NCBI GenBank assembly: GCA_963710375.1
Contig: CAVPZX010000005.1
Span: forward strand, 160,001 to 224,000
DNA length: 64,000 nt
Direction of reading: 5' to 3'
Origin: Nitrospirota bacterium
GTDB lineage: Bacteria; Nitrospirota; Thermodesulfovibrionia; Thermodesulfovibrionales; Dissulfurispiraceae
Part shown: in pieces, positions 51,109-61,477 of the stretch
How positions within the stretch are numbered: position 1 is the first letter of the stretch
Layout of the letters: each line of letters starts with the position of its first letter
The notes under the pieces: generated by a model
Told to the model about the DNA's origin: nothing
Database searches by the model: none
What the model saw: only the letters and a program-made list of their open reading frames with translations
Translations under genes and position numbers: made by a program

Positions 51109-53199
51109 TATTTCATTCAGCAATTGCCGGGTTTTTTGGTCATCCGGCTTTATCTTTAACCTTGTCATCAATTGAATGCGCGCATTTTCTATAATATCCG
51201 GTCTCAGGCGCAGGGCAGTTTCGAATTCATTTTTGGCCTTGTCAAGTCTGTCGCTGTCGTAATAAACAAGGCCAAGATTAAAATGTGCTTCTGCGTAATC
51301 GGGCGCAAGTTTAATGGCAATCAGATACTGCTCAATAGATTTGTCAGGCATGTTGATGGCATGATAGGCAATGCCGAGATTATTATGTGCCTCAGCATAA
51401 TCAGGCTTGAGTTTAATGGCAATGATATATTGCTCAATAGCATTGTCAAGCATGTTGCGACTTTTATAAAAATTACCAAGTCTGGCATGTGCATTTGCGT
51501 AACGGGGGAATCTTTTAACTGTATCTTCCCACATTTTTTTGCTGTCTCCATATAGATTGTTCTGCAAATGAGCTGCGACTGACAGAATGCTTATAATAAG
51601 GGCGAGCGTCACTAGTATCACATTGCCGGCTTTCTGTGAACGAATTTTTTCTTTCAGCAGAAATACCCCCGTAACTGTGCAAATGATTACCCCGACCGAG
51701 GGCAGATACATTCGATACGTTTCAATAAGCCTCGGCGTAGGTATAATGCTCGATTCAACTGAAAGGGTGATAAAGAACCACAATATACCGAAACCCATCA
51801 AACGAAAAGCAGGACTAAGGGCAGAGGACTGAGAGGCGAGGACTGAGGACTGAGGACTGAGAGACGAGGACTGAGAGGCGAGGACTGAGGACTGAGGACT
51901 GAGAGACGAGGACTGAGAGGCGAGGACTGAGTTTTCGTCTTCGCGCTTTGCCCTCAGTCCTTTGCCCTTAGTCCTCAGTCCTGGACCCTCTTCCTTTGGC
52001 CCTTTCCACTCAGTCCTCAGTCCTTCGCCCTCAGTCCTCAGTCCTCGCCTCTCTTTTTTCTGCACTAAATAAATCCCCAGTCCAAATAGCGCTGAGAGAA
52101 ACACAAATGAAACGGATACCTGCGGTTGAAAAAAAGACTTAAACACAGGGTACTCATAATTGAGTTCCAGGTTTGCCGGGAAAAACAGCATTCGCAGGTA
52201 AGTGACAATGACCCTGAACTGGGTGAAAAAATACTCTCCCCGCGAGTAGTCCCAGGTGAATCCGGCCATATATGAGCCCGGGTCAATAAGGCTGGGATTA
52301 ATCAGTTGTGTGCCGCGTACTTCGGTCACTGTCGGCATGCTCATAATAGTCAGAGGTATGATGCAAAGTGAAAGCAATAATGGAGCAAGAACGAGCATCC
52401 TCTTCTTAATGCCGCCATTAAAAAAACAAAACTCGTACAACGTTATCACAAAGGGCAGAGTAAACGCATTCTCCTTTGTTTTCATTGCCAGGACCGCTGA
52501 AAGAAGGGATATGGCGTACATAGTCCGGCGCCGGGCTTTATGATGGTCAGGAGCCTCCAATCTGAACTTAATATATGCTGTGAGGGAAAGGAGATAGAAA
52601 AAAGCGGCGAGAGAGGCATAACGTTGCATGACATACGTAACCGCCGCTGTCTGCAGCGGGTGGACGGCAAACAGAGCGGCGGAGAAGAAGGCAATCACTG
52701 CCGGATTGCCTGAACTTGAGAAATTGAGAACTTGTGAAGGTGTGCCCTTTGCCCTATGCCCTATGCCTTTCATGTAAGGTGTTCTGAATGTCAATAGAAC
52801 AAGCAAATAAACCAGGATTGTATTGGCGATATGAATGGCAATATTGACAATATGGTAGCCGGTCACCGATAAACCGTTTATACGGTAGTTGAGCGCAAAG
52901 GTGAGATGCGAGATGTAGCGGGATATGAAAAAACGGTAATTCTCAAACCCTTGAGCTGTTGAGGGGTGAAGGAAATAATTAAGGTCCTTGATAATAGGCT
53001 CGTTAACAATATGCATCTCTTCATCCCACTGAAATGGGACATTCAAGGCATTGGAGTAAATGATCAGAATAAGCAGAGACAGACAAGCGATATGCACAAA
53101 GGAGTTATATGTCAATGACAGCGGACTGAACGATGCATGTGCAGGGGGAAGGTCATTGTGACGGATCAGCTTATTTGTTTTCTTACCCTTGTTTTTCAT
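51100..53199 (-). CDS. TMTC-like GT-C + TPR protein, paralog 2
   Basis: Same motifs as 26326-28050; TPRs. Confidence 0.75.
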   Translation of the reverse strand: MKNKGKKTNKLIRHNDLPPAHASFSPLSLTYNSFVHIACLSLLILIIYSNALNVPFQWDEEMHIVNEPIIKDLNYFLHPSTAQGFENYRFFISRYISHLTFALNYRINGLSVTGYHIVNIAIHIANTILVYLLVLLTFRTPYMKGIGHRAKGTPSQVLNFSSSGNPAVIAFFSAALFAVHPLQTAAVTYVMQRYASLAAFFYLLSLTAYIKFRLEAPDHHKARRRTMYAISLLSAVLAMKTKENAFTLPFVITLYEFCFFNGGIKKRMLVLAPLLLSLCIIPLTIMSMPTVTEVRGTQLINPSLIDPGSYMAGFTWDYSRGEYFFTQFRVIVTYLRMLFFPANLELNYEYPVFKSFFQPQVSVSFVFLSALFGLGIYLVQKKERRGLRTEGEGLRTEWKGPKEEGPGLRTKGKGLRAKREDENSVLASQSSSLSPQSSVLASQSSSLSPQSSVLASQSSALSPAFRLMGFGILWFFITLSVESSIIPTPRLIETYRMYLPSVGVIICTVTGVFLLKEKIRSQKAGNVILVTLALIISILSVAAHLQNNLYGDSKKMWEDTVKRFPRYANAHARLGNFYKSRNMLDNAIEQYIIAIKLKPDYAEAHNNLGIAYHAINMPDKSIEQYLIAIKLAPDYAEAHFNLGLVYYDSDRLDKAKNEFETALRLRPDIIENARIQLMTRLKIKPDDQKTRQLLNEILP
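51811..52053. repeat. Heptamer (GGACTGA) hairpin in frame in paralog 2
   Basis: (ggactga)n ... (tcagtcc)n; encodes GLRTE.. and SPQSSVL.. Confidence 0.95.
52712..52767. repeat. Composite octamer + heptamer insert in frame in paralog 2
   Basis: gaacttga gaaattga gaacttgt gaaggtgt followed by gcccttt gccctat gccctat gcc. Confidence 0.85.
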
Positions 53200-54285
53200 A
53201 AAAGATCCCTGACCGTTTCAGCGTGAGATTGCATTCAATAACTGACGGGCTATCTGGTCATCAGGCTTTATCTTTAATCTCGCTATCAACTCTCTGCGCG
53301 CATTTTCCAGTTGTCCCATATTATAGTAGAGGACTCCGAGATTAAAATGAGCTGTTTCATTATCCGGTTGGAGGCGTATGACAGTTTGTAATTCATTCAC
53401 GGCCTTGTCAGGCATGTTGAGGGACTGATAAAGAATAGCGAGATTATTGTGCGCTTCCACATAGTTGGGCTTCTCCTGTATTGCGGCCAGATAGTGTTCA
53501 GTTGCCTTGCCAGACATGCCCTGATCTTTATAGACATTGGCTAGATTATAATGCGCCTCAGGGTAATCAGGCTTCAGATTAATGGCAGTCTGAAACTCTT
53601 TTATAGCCTTGTCAGGCATGTTGAGGGCCTGATAAACAGCTCCCAGATTATTATACGCTTCTATAAAATCGGGTTTTAGATTAATGGCAGTCAGAAACTC
53701 TTTTATAGCCTTGTCAGGCATTTTGAGGGCCTGATCATAGAGGACGCCAAGATTGTAATGCGCCTTCCAGTGCCCAGGGGCAAGACTTATTGCAGTCAGA
53801 TATTCCTTTAAAGCAGCATCGGGCATACCGAGGTCTTGATAGCTGTTGCCGAGACCGAGATGCGCTTCAGTGGAATCAGGATTAATTTTCAAGGCAAGCT
53901 GAAACTGTTCCGCAGCCTTGTCCGACATGCGATGGTGTCGGTAGGCCAACCCAAGATTATAATGCACTCTTTCTTTTGCAGGGAATTTTAACGCGTCTTC
54001 TTTCCATAACTTGACTTCGTCTCTCCACATATCATTGCGCATATATGTAGCAACTGACAGTACGCCTGCAGCAAGTGCAAGAATGGTTACTATCACCCTA
54101 CCGGCTTTTGGGGAACGCAGATTTTCTTTCAGCAGAAATGCACCGGTAACAACGCAAACAAATATCCCCATTGAAGGCAGATACACGCGGTGTTCAAAAA
54201 TCACATCGGCGATGGGTATGATGCTCGACTCCACTGAGAGAGTGATGAAAAACCACAATATCCCGAAACCCATCAACTTAAAGGC

Positions 54286-54556
54286 AGGACTGAGGGCAGA
54301 GGACTGAGAGGCGAGGACTGAGGACTGAGGACTGAGTGCCAAGGACTGAGAGACGAGGGCAGAGGACTGAGGACTGAGAGACAAGGACTGAGAGGCGAGG
54401 ACTGAGGACTGAGTGTCAAGGACTGAGGACTGAGCAGAGAGGACTGAGTTTTGGTCTTCGATCTTTGCACTCAATCCTCTGCCCTCAGTCCTCAGTCCTG
54501 GATCCTCTTTCCTTTGGCCCTTTCCACTCAGTCCTCAGTCCTCTGTCCTCAGTCCT
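54286..54556. repeat. Heptamer (GGACTGA) hairpin in paralog 3
   Basis: (ggactga)n ... (tcagtcc)n. Confidence 0.95.
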
Positions 54557-55036
54557 TGTTTTTTTCTCGCTCCACAGCACTAAATAAATGCCCAGCCCGA
54601 AAAGCGCGGCAAGAAACATAAACGAAAAGATCACCTGGGGGTAAAAGAAAGATCTATAAATAGGATAGTCATAGTCGACATTCTGTCCTGCGGGGAAAAA
54701 CAGCAGCCGCATATATCTCACAATTACTGAGAACTCCGTCATCAGGTATTGCCATGGCGTCGTCCTTGTCTGCACTGTTATCTTGCTCGCATCCGACAAT
54801 ACTTTCCCCAACGGCTGGCTCACATTCAGCAAGCTCAAAGGAATGATGACCACTGTTGCCAGCAGCGGCAAGGCCCATAGAGCCCTCCTGAGCAGATTGC
54901 CTCTGCCGAAGAACACCAGTTCGTACAACACAACAATAAACGGCAGTGTAAAGGCTATCTCCTTTGTCATCATCGCAAGCACAGCCGAAACAATAGAAAT
55001 CCCATAATAAAAATATGGCATGTATTTTCGTTTTTC

Positions 55037-55310
55037 CCGGCTACCGGCCACCGGCCCCTGGCCACTGTCTTTTGCTTCTTGCCCTCCGCCCTCAGTCCTC
55101 AGTCCTTGGTCCTCTGCCCTCAGTCCTCGCCTCTCAGTCCTCAGTCCTTGGTCCTCTGCCCTCAGTCCTCTGCTCTCAGTCCTCAGTCCTTGGTCCTCCG
55201 CCCTCAGTCCTCGCCTCTCAGTCCTCAGTCCTTGGTCCTCTGCCCTCAGTCCTCGCCTCTCAGTCCTCAGTCCTCTGCCCTCAGTCCTTGTTTTATTACC
55301 CTCAGTCCTT
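55037..55310. repeat. Heptamer array with a 42-bp higher-order unit, in frame in paralog 3
   Basis: ctcagtcctcagtccttggtcctctgccctcagtcctcgcct repeated about 4 times (GLRTERRGLRAEDQ), next to ccggcta ccggcca ccggccc ctggcca. Confidence 0.95.
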
Positions 55311-55454
55311 GACTTTATATATGTCACTAATGAAAGGAGATAAAAAAATGAAGCGAGGGACGCAAGCCTCTGCACTATATAAGTGACCGCCTGAGTTTGG
55401 ATAGGATGCACCGCAAACAAGACAGCAGAGAAGAAGGCGATCAGCCCGGAATCG

Positions 55455-55520
55455 CTGAGTACTAAAGACTGAGGACTTAGGACTGAGGGCATAGGACTGA
55501 GGACTGAGGACTGAGGACTC
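55455..55520. repeat. Heptamer arm in frame in paralog 3
   Basis: Encodes SPQSSVLSPMPSVLSPQSLVLS. Confidence 0.9.
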
Positions 55521-55841
55521 ATGGCCGGTGTTCTGAATGTAAATAGCACAAATAAATAAACCAGCATGGAGTTAGCAATATGAATTGCAAGATTGACTAT
55601 ATGGTAGCCGGTCACATTTGAACCACCCAAGCTGTAGTTCAGGGAAAATGTCAGATACCCGATGAATCGTCTAGAAAAATGTTCATACCCTGTGGAACTG
55701 AACAGAAAATTTCCGATATGACGCACTATACTGTTATCAATTATGTTGAATTCATCGTCAAATACAAACGGCGCATGAAAAGTATTAGAATAACAAATCA
55801 GGCATAATAGAGCTATAATGCCGGCATGTAAGAGCTGGGAA

Positions 55842-58091
55842 TTATGATTTTGATTTGGAAATTTCATTCAGCAACTGTCGGACATTTTGGTCGTTAGGTT
55901 TTATCCTTAATATCGTTGTCAATTCCCTGCGTGCCTTTTCTTTCTGTCCCCTCTCATAATAGAGTTCTCCAAGATTGGAATGCGCCTCTATATAATCGGG
56001 CTTCAGTTTAATGGCAATCAGATAATATTCTATGGCCTTGTCGGGCATTTTCTGGTCTTCATAGATTACGCCAAGATTATTATACGCCTCTGCGCAGTCA
56101 GGCTTTAGTTTAACAGCAATCAGATACTCTTTTAAAGCCCTTCCACGCATGCTGCGGGACTGATAAAACACGCCACCCAGATCAAGATGGGCCTCCACAT
56201 AATCAGGCCTCAGTTCTACGGCAGTCATAAACTCTTTTATAGCTTTCTCGGGCATTTTACGATCTTTATATATATTGCCAAGGTTATAATGTGCCTCAGG
56301 TAAGTCCGGATTAAGCTTGGAAGCAATCATAAACTGCTCAATCGCCTTGTCAGGCATATTACGGTCTCGGTAGATAACCCCGAGGTTATTGTATTCCTCT
56401 GCAGAATCAGGTTTCAGCCCAATGGCAATCCGGTACTGCTCTATGGCTTCATCGAACTTTTTTTGAGACTGATAGAGGCGACCAAGATTATAATGCGCCC
56501 TTTCCTTGGCAGGTGATTTTGCCACGACGTCTTTCCACAGTCTTATACTGTCTCCCCACACTTCGTTCCGCAGATACGTAGCGACCGACAAAACTCCTAT
56601 AGCAAGGGCCAGCATCAAGATTATTACCCTGCCGTACCTGGGCGAACGCACCTTTTCTATTAACAAAAAGGCCCCTGTAACTGTACAAATAATCATTCCT
56701 ATTGAAGGCAGATAAGCACGGTGCTCGTAAATTACATCAGTGATAGGTATTATGCTTGACTCGACCGAAAGAGTGATAAAAAACCACAATATACCAAAAC
56801 CCATCAAACGAAAAGCAGGACTGAGAGGCGAGGACTGAGAGGCGAGGACTGAGGACTGAGCAGTTAGGACTGAGTTTTGGTCTTCGCGCTTTGCACTCAG
56901 TCCTTTGACCTCAGTCCTCAGTCCTGGACCCTCTTCCTTTGGCCCTTTCCACTCAGTCCTCAGTCCTCTGTCCTCAGTCCTTGCTTTATTACCCTCAGTC
57001 CTCAGTCCTTGGTCCTTCGTCTTCAGCACTAAATAAATGCCCAGCCCGAAAAGCGTCACCAGAAACAGAAGCGACAGCATCACCTGGGGATAGAAGAAAG
57101 ATCTATACACCGGATAGTCATAATCGAGGTTCTGCCCTGCAGGGAAAAACAGCAGCCGCACATACGTCACGATCACAGTGAACTCTGTTATCAGATACTG
57201 CCACCGCGTCATGCTTGTTCCCGCCGCAGTCACCTGATTCACATCCGACAACACCTTCCCCAACTGTTGGCCCACATTCAGCATGCTCAGTGGAATGATG
57301 ACCACTGTTGCCAGCAGCGGTAAGGCCCATAGCGTCCTCTTAATCAGATTGCCTCTGCCGAAAAACACCAACTCGTAAATCACAATGATAAACGGCAGCG
57401 TAAAGGCTATCTCCTTTGTCTTCATCGCCAGCACCGCAGAGATAATAGAGATGCTGTAGAAGAAGAGATACCGGAAGTTGCCCTTTGCCCCGCCTGAGGC
57501 GGGCCCTCTGCCCTCTGCTATTAGCCTGAACCGAACATAAAAGTACAACGAGGCAACATAAAACAAAGCTGCCAAAGACGCAAGCCGCTGCACTATGTAT
57601 GTCACTGCCTCGGTTTGGATAGGATGCACCACAAATAACGCGGCAGAAAAAAAGGCAATCAGATTAGAATTTCTGAGGACCGAGGACTGAGGACTGAGAG
57701 GCAAGGACTGAGGACTGAGAGACGAGGACTGAGGGTTCATTAACGGAGTCCTGAATGTAAGCACCACCAATCCATAAACCAGAAGCGCACAGGCCAGATG
57801 TATGGCAAGATTTACTACATGGTAGCCGGTCACATCAAGGCCGCCCAAGCGGTAGTTCAGGGCGAATGTCAGAAACCCTATAAAACGGCGGGGATTATTT
57901 TCATATCCTTTGGAGCTGAAGATAAAATTGCCGATATCATGGACTACCCTGTTATCCCTTATAGAGTATTCGTCGTCAAATATAAACGGCACATGGAAAC
58001 TGTTGGAATAGACGATTATTCCTGCCAAAATTATCAGGAAGGGATAAAAAAAATGATGGGCCGTTGCTGAATTCTTTGCCTTCCGAAACAT
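55842..58091 (-). CDS. TMTC-like GT-C + TPR protein, paralog 4
   Basis: FDD, YH..N..IH, HP.QTEAV.Y..QR, EHR.YLP, multiple TPRs. Confidence 0.78.
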   Translation of the reverse strand: MFRKAKNSATAHHFFYPFLIILAGIIVYSNSFHVPFIFDDEYSIRDNRVVHDIGNFIFSSKGYENNPRRFIGFLTFALNYRLGGLDVTGYHVVNLAIHLACALLVYGLVVLTFRTPLMNPQSSSLSPQSLPLSPQSSVLRNSNLIAFFSAALFVVHPIQTEAVTYIVQRLASLAALFYVASLYFYVRFRLIAEGRGPASGGAKGNFRYLFFYSISIISAVLAMKTKEIAFTLPFIIVIYELVFFGRGNLIKRTLWALPLLATVVIIPLSMLNVGQQLGKVLSDVNQVTAAGTSMTRWQYLITEFTVIVTYVRLLFFPAGQNLDYDYPVYRSFFYPQVMLSLLFLVTLFGLGIYLVLKTKDQGLRTEGNKARTEDRGLRTEWKGPKEEGPGLRTEVKGLSAKREDQNSVLTAQSSVLASQSSPLSPAFRLMGFGILWFFITLSVESSIIPITDVIYEHRAYLPSIGMIICTVTGAFLLIEKVRSPRYGRVIILMLALAIGVLSVATYLRNEVWGDSIRLWKDVVAKSPAKERAHYNLGRLYQSQKKFDEAIEQYRIAIGLKPDSAEEYNNLGVIYRDRNMPDKAIEQFMIASKLNPDLPEAHYNLGNIYKDRKMPEKAIKEFMTAVELRPDYVEAHLDLGGVFYQSRSMRGRALKEYLIAVKLKPDCAEAYNNLGVIYEDQKMPDKAIEYYLIAIKLKPDYIEAHSNLGELYYERGQKEKARRELTTILRIKPNDQNVRQLLNEISKSKS
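56817..57030. repeat. Heptamer (GGACTGA) hairpin in frame in paralog 4
   Basis: Same site and loop as 51811-52053. Confidence 0.93.
57673..57734. repeat. Heptamer arm in frame in paralog 4
   Basis: Encodes PQSSSLSPQSLPLSPQSSVL. Confidence 0.9.
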
Positions 58092-58103
58092 ATCCCCTGA
58101 CAG

Positions 58104-58493
58104 CTATCTTCCTGTTTTGGAGGGCGTTGTCCTGTCCTCTGTCCCTATCTTTTTTTCCAGGGTCTTAAGTTTTGTTTGCAGCAAACCCAACTCCTGGGCA
58201 AGACGGTTGTTTTTTACGTCCAGCAGGGATATTATTGTCGAGAAATGCAGGAGCAGCACCAGCAGAAATACAATTGCAAGGAGGAACAGGAACGACGGCG
58301 GGTAATAGATGCCTATCATATTTGATATCAGACTAAGCAGGTTCCTCGATACAGAAAAGCTTATTAAAACTATCGAAGCGGCAAGCCATATGAGGCTGTA
58401 GCGCTCCTTAAGGTGGCTGCGCCTTATGAGTTCTATGACTGCGAAAAATATTGAGACACTGACAGTAATAGCAACAACCTGGACGATATCCAT
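58104..58493 (-). CDS. DUF2304 family membrane protein
   Basis: LKERYSLIW, GIYYPP, LAQE; follows a GT2. Confidence 0.85.
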   Translation of the reverse strand: MDIVQVVAITVSVSIFFAVIELIRRSHLKERYSLIWLAASIVLISFSVSRNLLSLISNMIGIYYPPSFLFLLAIVFLLVLLLHFSTIISLLDVKNNRLAQELGLLQTKLKTLEKKIGTEDRTTPSKTGR

Positions 58494-58508
58494 AACACCT
58501 TTCTTATA

Positions 58509-59204
58509 TTAATCGATTTTCTTCATCAAATCAATAAATACTGCCAGAAGCACCTTGACCATATAATAAACTGCTCTTGAGATTGTTATCGACGATCTGC
58601 CGCTGGTGCGGGGACCTATTTCTGACGGCACTTCTACAATCTTCAACCTCTTTTTATGGGCAAGGATAAGGGCCTCCACCTCAGGATAGTCTTCAGAATA
58701 GATCGAACAGAAAAATTCGAGCGTTTTTTTTCCGTAAACCCGGAAGCCGGATGTGGTGTCTGTTATCCTTTGTCCTGTGATAGAGGAAACTACAAAGGAT
58801 AGTATCTTGGCGCCTATCCTCCTTTGCACCGACGATGTGAACCCGCCGTCTGAGAGAAATCTTGAGCCTACAACGAGGTCAGCGCCTTGAGAGACCCATG
58901 GCGCCAGTATCTTTTCGATCTGGTCTGCGTGGTGCTGCCCGTCTCCATCGAATTGTATGGCCGCGTCATATCCCTCCTGCAGAGCAAAGAGGAACCCTGC
59001 CTGCATGGCTCCGCCGATCCCAAGATTATATGGCAGATTTACGACCCTTGCACCCATATCCTCAGCTATGACCGGCGTCTTGTCCCGCGAGCCGTCGTTA
59101 ATGACAACTATATCTCCAACAGGGAAGTTGTCCCTTAGGTCCTGGATTACCCTGTTAATGCATCCTTCTTCATTATACGCCGGTATGATTACAAGTATAC
59201 GCAC
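58509..59204 (-). CDS. GT2 glycosyltransferase (DPM1-like)
   Basis: IPAYNE, NDGS.D, NLGIGGA, DGDGQH, D.TSGFR, DYPE. Confidence 0.92.
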   Translation of the reverse strand: MRILVIIPAYNEEGCINRVIQDLRDNFPVGDIVVINDGSRDKTPVIAEDMGARVVNLPYNLGIGGAMQAGFLFALQEGYDAAIQFDGDGQHHADQIEKILAPWVSQGADLVVGSRFLSDGGFTSSVQRRIGAKILSFVVSSITGQRITDTTSGFRVYGKKTLEFFCSIYSEDYPEVEALILAHKKRLKIVEVPSEIGPRTSGRSSITISRAVYYMVKVLLAVFIDLMKKID

Positions 59205-60227
59205 TTAGTCCCTCAGCACAAGTTCAGCCGCTGTAATAATGTTCATATTCAAAAGATCTTTATATTTTTCTATAGATAGCCGCTTTGAACCCCAAATCCT
59301 TTTCCTTTTTTTCAACGCTGCAGGCAGTCCGGCGATAGCGCCATACCATGCCTTGAGGACAACACCAATAAGATTTAAACTTCCGCCGCCCTGGGCAAAC
59401 CTTGCCACGCTGCCTTTGTCTGATAAGAGCCCGTAAAACTGAACAACGTATCTCCATATGGTATAAAACGGGAACAATAATATAAACGATGCCGGAAGGT
59501 CCTTCATAAGCACCCAGAAGCGGTTCCTTTCGATGTGATAGGCCTTAAACCCTGAATATGGTCCGCCTGTCTGTGAATACAAATGCCTGACAGTTGCCTG
59601 AGGAGCCAACACCGCCTTCCAACCCGCCAGCCTCGCCCTTAAACCGAGGTCAGCGTCCTCGCAGTAGCAAAAGAAATCTTCGTCGAAACCGCCGATGTCC
59701 TTCAGCATATCACCCCTGTAAAGGGCGGCGCAAGCGCTCGGGAAAAGCACCTCTCCGATGTTGTCGAATTGTCCGCTATCTATCTCGCCCCTTCCCCTCT
59801 GACGGGACATTCCGTCGGGGTATATAAGCATTCCCGCAGAATCCAACTCTCTTCCCTCTCGTCCAAGGAATATCTTAGAGGCCACCATGCCCACTAAGGG
59901 GTCCGATTCGGCAGCCTCGTACAATGCTTTGAGCCACCCGCTGTTTGCTATAGTGTCGTTATTCAGAGTAACTATATACCGGGCAGAAGAAGTTGCAAAG
60001 CCTGTATTGTTCCCCTCTGCAAAACCTGTGTTTTTTGCGAGACCGATGACCCTCACCCAGGGGAAATCATTCCTTATGAGATCAAGTGAGCTGTCTGTCG
60101 AGCCGTTGTCAACCACGATAACCTCGAAATCACTGAAGGTCTGGCAAGCAAGCGATACAATACAGTCGCGCAGATACCTTTCACCGTTCAGATTGACTAT
60201 TATAACCGATATAACTGGAGATGGCAT
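59205..60227 (-). CDS. GT2 glycosyltransferase
   Basis: VDNGSTD, N.GFA.GNN, LNND, FDE.FF.Y.ED.DL. Confidence 0.92.
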   Translation of the reverse strand: MPSPVISVIIVNLNGERYLRDCIVSLACQTFSDFEVIVVDNGSTDSSLDLIRNDFPWVRVIGLAKNTGFAEGNNTGFATSSARYIVTLNNDTIANSGWLKALYEAAESDPLVGMVASKIFLGREGRELDSAGMLIYPDGMSRQRGRGEIDSGQFDNIGEVLFPSACAALYRGDMLKDIGGFDEDFFCYCEDADLGLRARLAGWKAVLAPQATVRHLYSQTGGPYSGFKAYHIERNRFWVLMKDLPASFILLFPFYTIWRYVVQFYGLLSDKGSVARFAQGGGSLNLIGVVLKAWYGAIAGLPAALKKRKRIWGSKRLSIEKYKDLLNMNIITAAELVLRD

Positions 60228-60462
60228 ATCCCTGTATTAATCCCAAAAAAGATCCCCATATTTTGTTATATCATTATAACACTTCCTATTTGCCCTCGAT
60301 TGTTACCGCAACAAGATAAAAGCCCTCATTATTATAATAATGAGGGTATGAGGTGATGGCGTGGTGAGTTCTAGGAGTGGTATCTTATGTGGTATGATAA
60401 CAAAAACCAGATCATTAGACACTAATGATCTGTCATGCTTGAAAAGAGATACAAAAGCACAA

Positions 60463-61437
60463 ATGACTTCACACTTATATAAACAAAAACAATCGTTGGA
60501 ATTTTATGAAGATAGGTATGAAAAAGGATACATGGATGAATGGCCTGCTGAAAAAAAAAGAATTGTAAATGAAGTAATTCAGGAGATTAATCTGCCGGCT
60601 AAAGGTGAGGCATTGGATTTTGGATGTGGGAATGGGGTCCTTACGGAAATTATTCAGCAAGTACTTCCTTCTTGGAAAATATTCGGCACTGATTTAAGCA
60701 AGAAAGCTATTGATAATGCAAGGATACGCTATCCAAACTGTACTTTTTTTGAAGTAAACAGCCCGGATTTTACACGAAAGAAGTTTGATTTTGTCTTTAC
60801 ACACCACGTTTTTGAACATGTATATAATTTAAGTGACGTGTTTGATCAGATGAACGAATATCTAAAACCAGAATCTGCAATGCTTCACTTTTTACCTTGT
60901 GGAAATGAAGGAAGCTATGAATATAATATTTGCAAATTGCGAAAAGATGGGATTAATGCTGAACTTGAAAACCGGTTCTTTTTTGAAGATGAAAGTCATG
61001 TTCGAAGATTAACCACAGATGATTTCTGTAACCTCTGTCGAACTAAAGGTTTTCACTTAAATAAATCTTTTTATTTAAGTCAATACTATGGCGCAATAAA
61101 TTGGATTACAAATTCTCATCCCAGGTTTGTACTGATGTTTTCTGATAGTTCTCAGGCTGTTGATAAAAAGGCTGAACAAAAGTTAAAGAAAACCAGGATG
61201 TACTTGATTGTTATAACCTTACTACGGCTGCCTGCAAAGATTGTTGCAAAACTTTTGCCAAAAAAGAATAAACAATTCAAACACTATTTATTATTGCTAA
61301 TGGGATTACCTTTTTTCGTGTTTTCAAACCATATTGATAAGTATTGGAAAAGAAAAGCCAGAGATGAATGGGAAACAAAGAAGTTTGAGCGTAATGGCAG
61401 TGAAATGTGTTTGTACTTTAAGAGAAGTTTGAGATAA
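60463..61437 (+). CDS. Class I SAM-dependent methyltransferase (AT-rich; start approximate)
   Basis: LDFGCGNG, DLS, FDFVF..HVFEHV. Confidence 0.85.
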   Translation: MTSHLYKQKQSLEFYEDRYEKGYMDEWPAEKKRIVNEVIQEINLPAKGEALDFGCGNGVLTEIIQQVLPSWKIFGTDLSKKAIDNARIRYPNCTFFEVNSPDFTRKKFDFVFTHHVFEHVYNLSDVFDQMNEYLKPESAMLHFLPCGNEGSYEYNICKLRKDGINAELENRFFFEDESHVRRLTTDDFCNLCRTKGFHLNKSFYLSQYYGAINWITNSHPRFVLMFSDSSQAVDKKAEQKLKKTRMYLIVITLLRLPAKIVAKLLPKKNKQFKHYLLLLMGLPFFVFSNHIDKYWKRKARDEWETKKFERNGSEMCLYFKRSLR

Positions 61438-61477
61438 GGATTAACAATACATTGTTTTGGGATGAGGCGCCTTATAA

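Larger units (their letters stand above)
53218..55867 (-). pseudogene. TMTC-like GT-C + TPR protein, paralog 3, split by a +1 frameshift at 54508-54510
   Basis: ORFs 54485-55867 and 53218-54474 are the two halves; ctcTTTcc here versus ctcTTcc in paralogs 2 and 4. Confidence 0.8.

Noticed and set aside
53559..53760. ~100-bp direct repeat in paralog 3
   Set aside because: Ordinary duplication of a TPR unit.
55015..55386. Three overlapping plus-strand ORFs (SPQSSVL-like)
   Set aside because: Shadow ORFs: the TCAGTCC strand has no stops in any frame; the real gene is on the minus strand.
51811..57734. CRISPR array
   Set aside because: No constant 23-47-nt repeat with unique spacers and no cas genes; these are contiguous 7-nt units.
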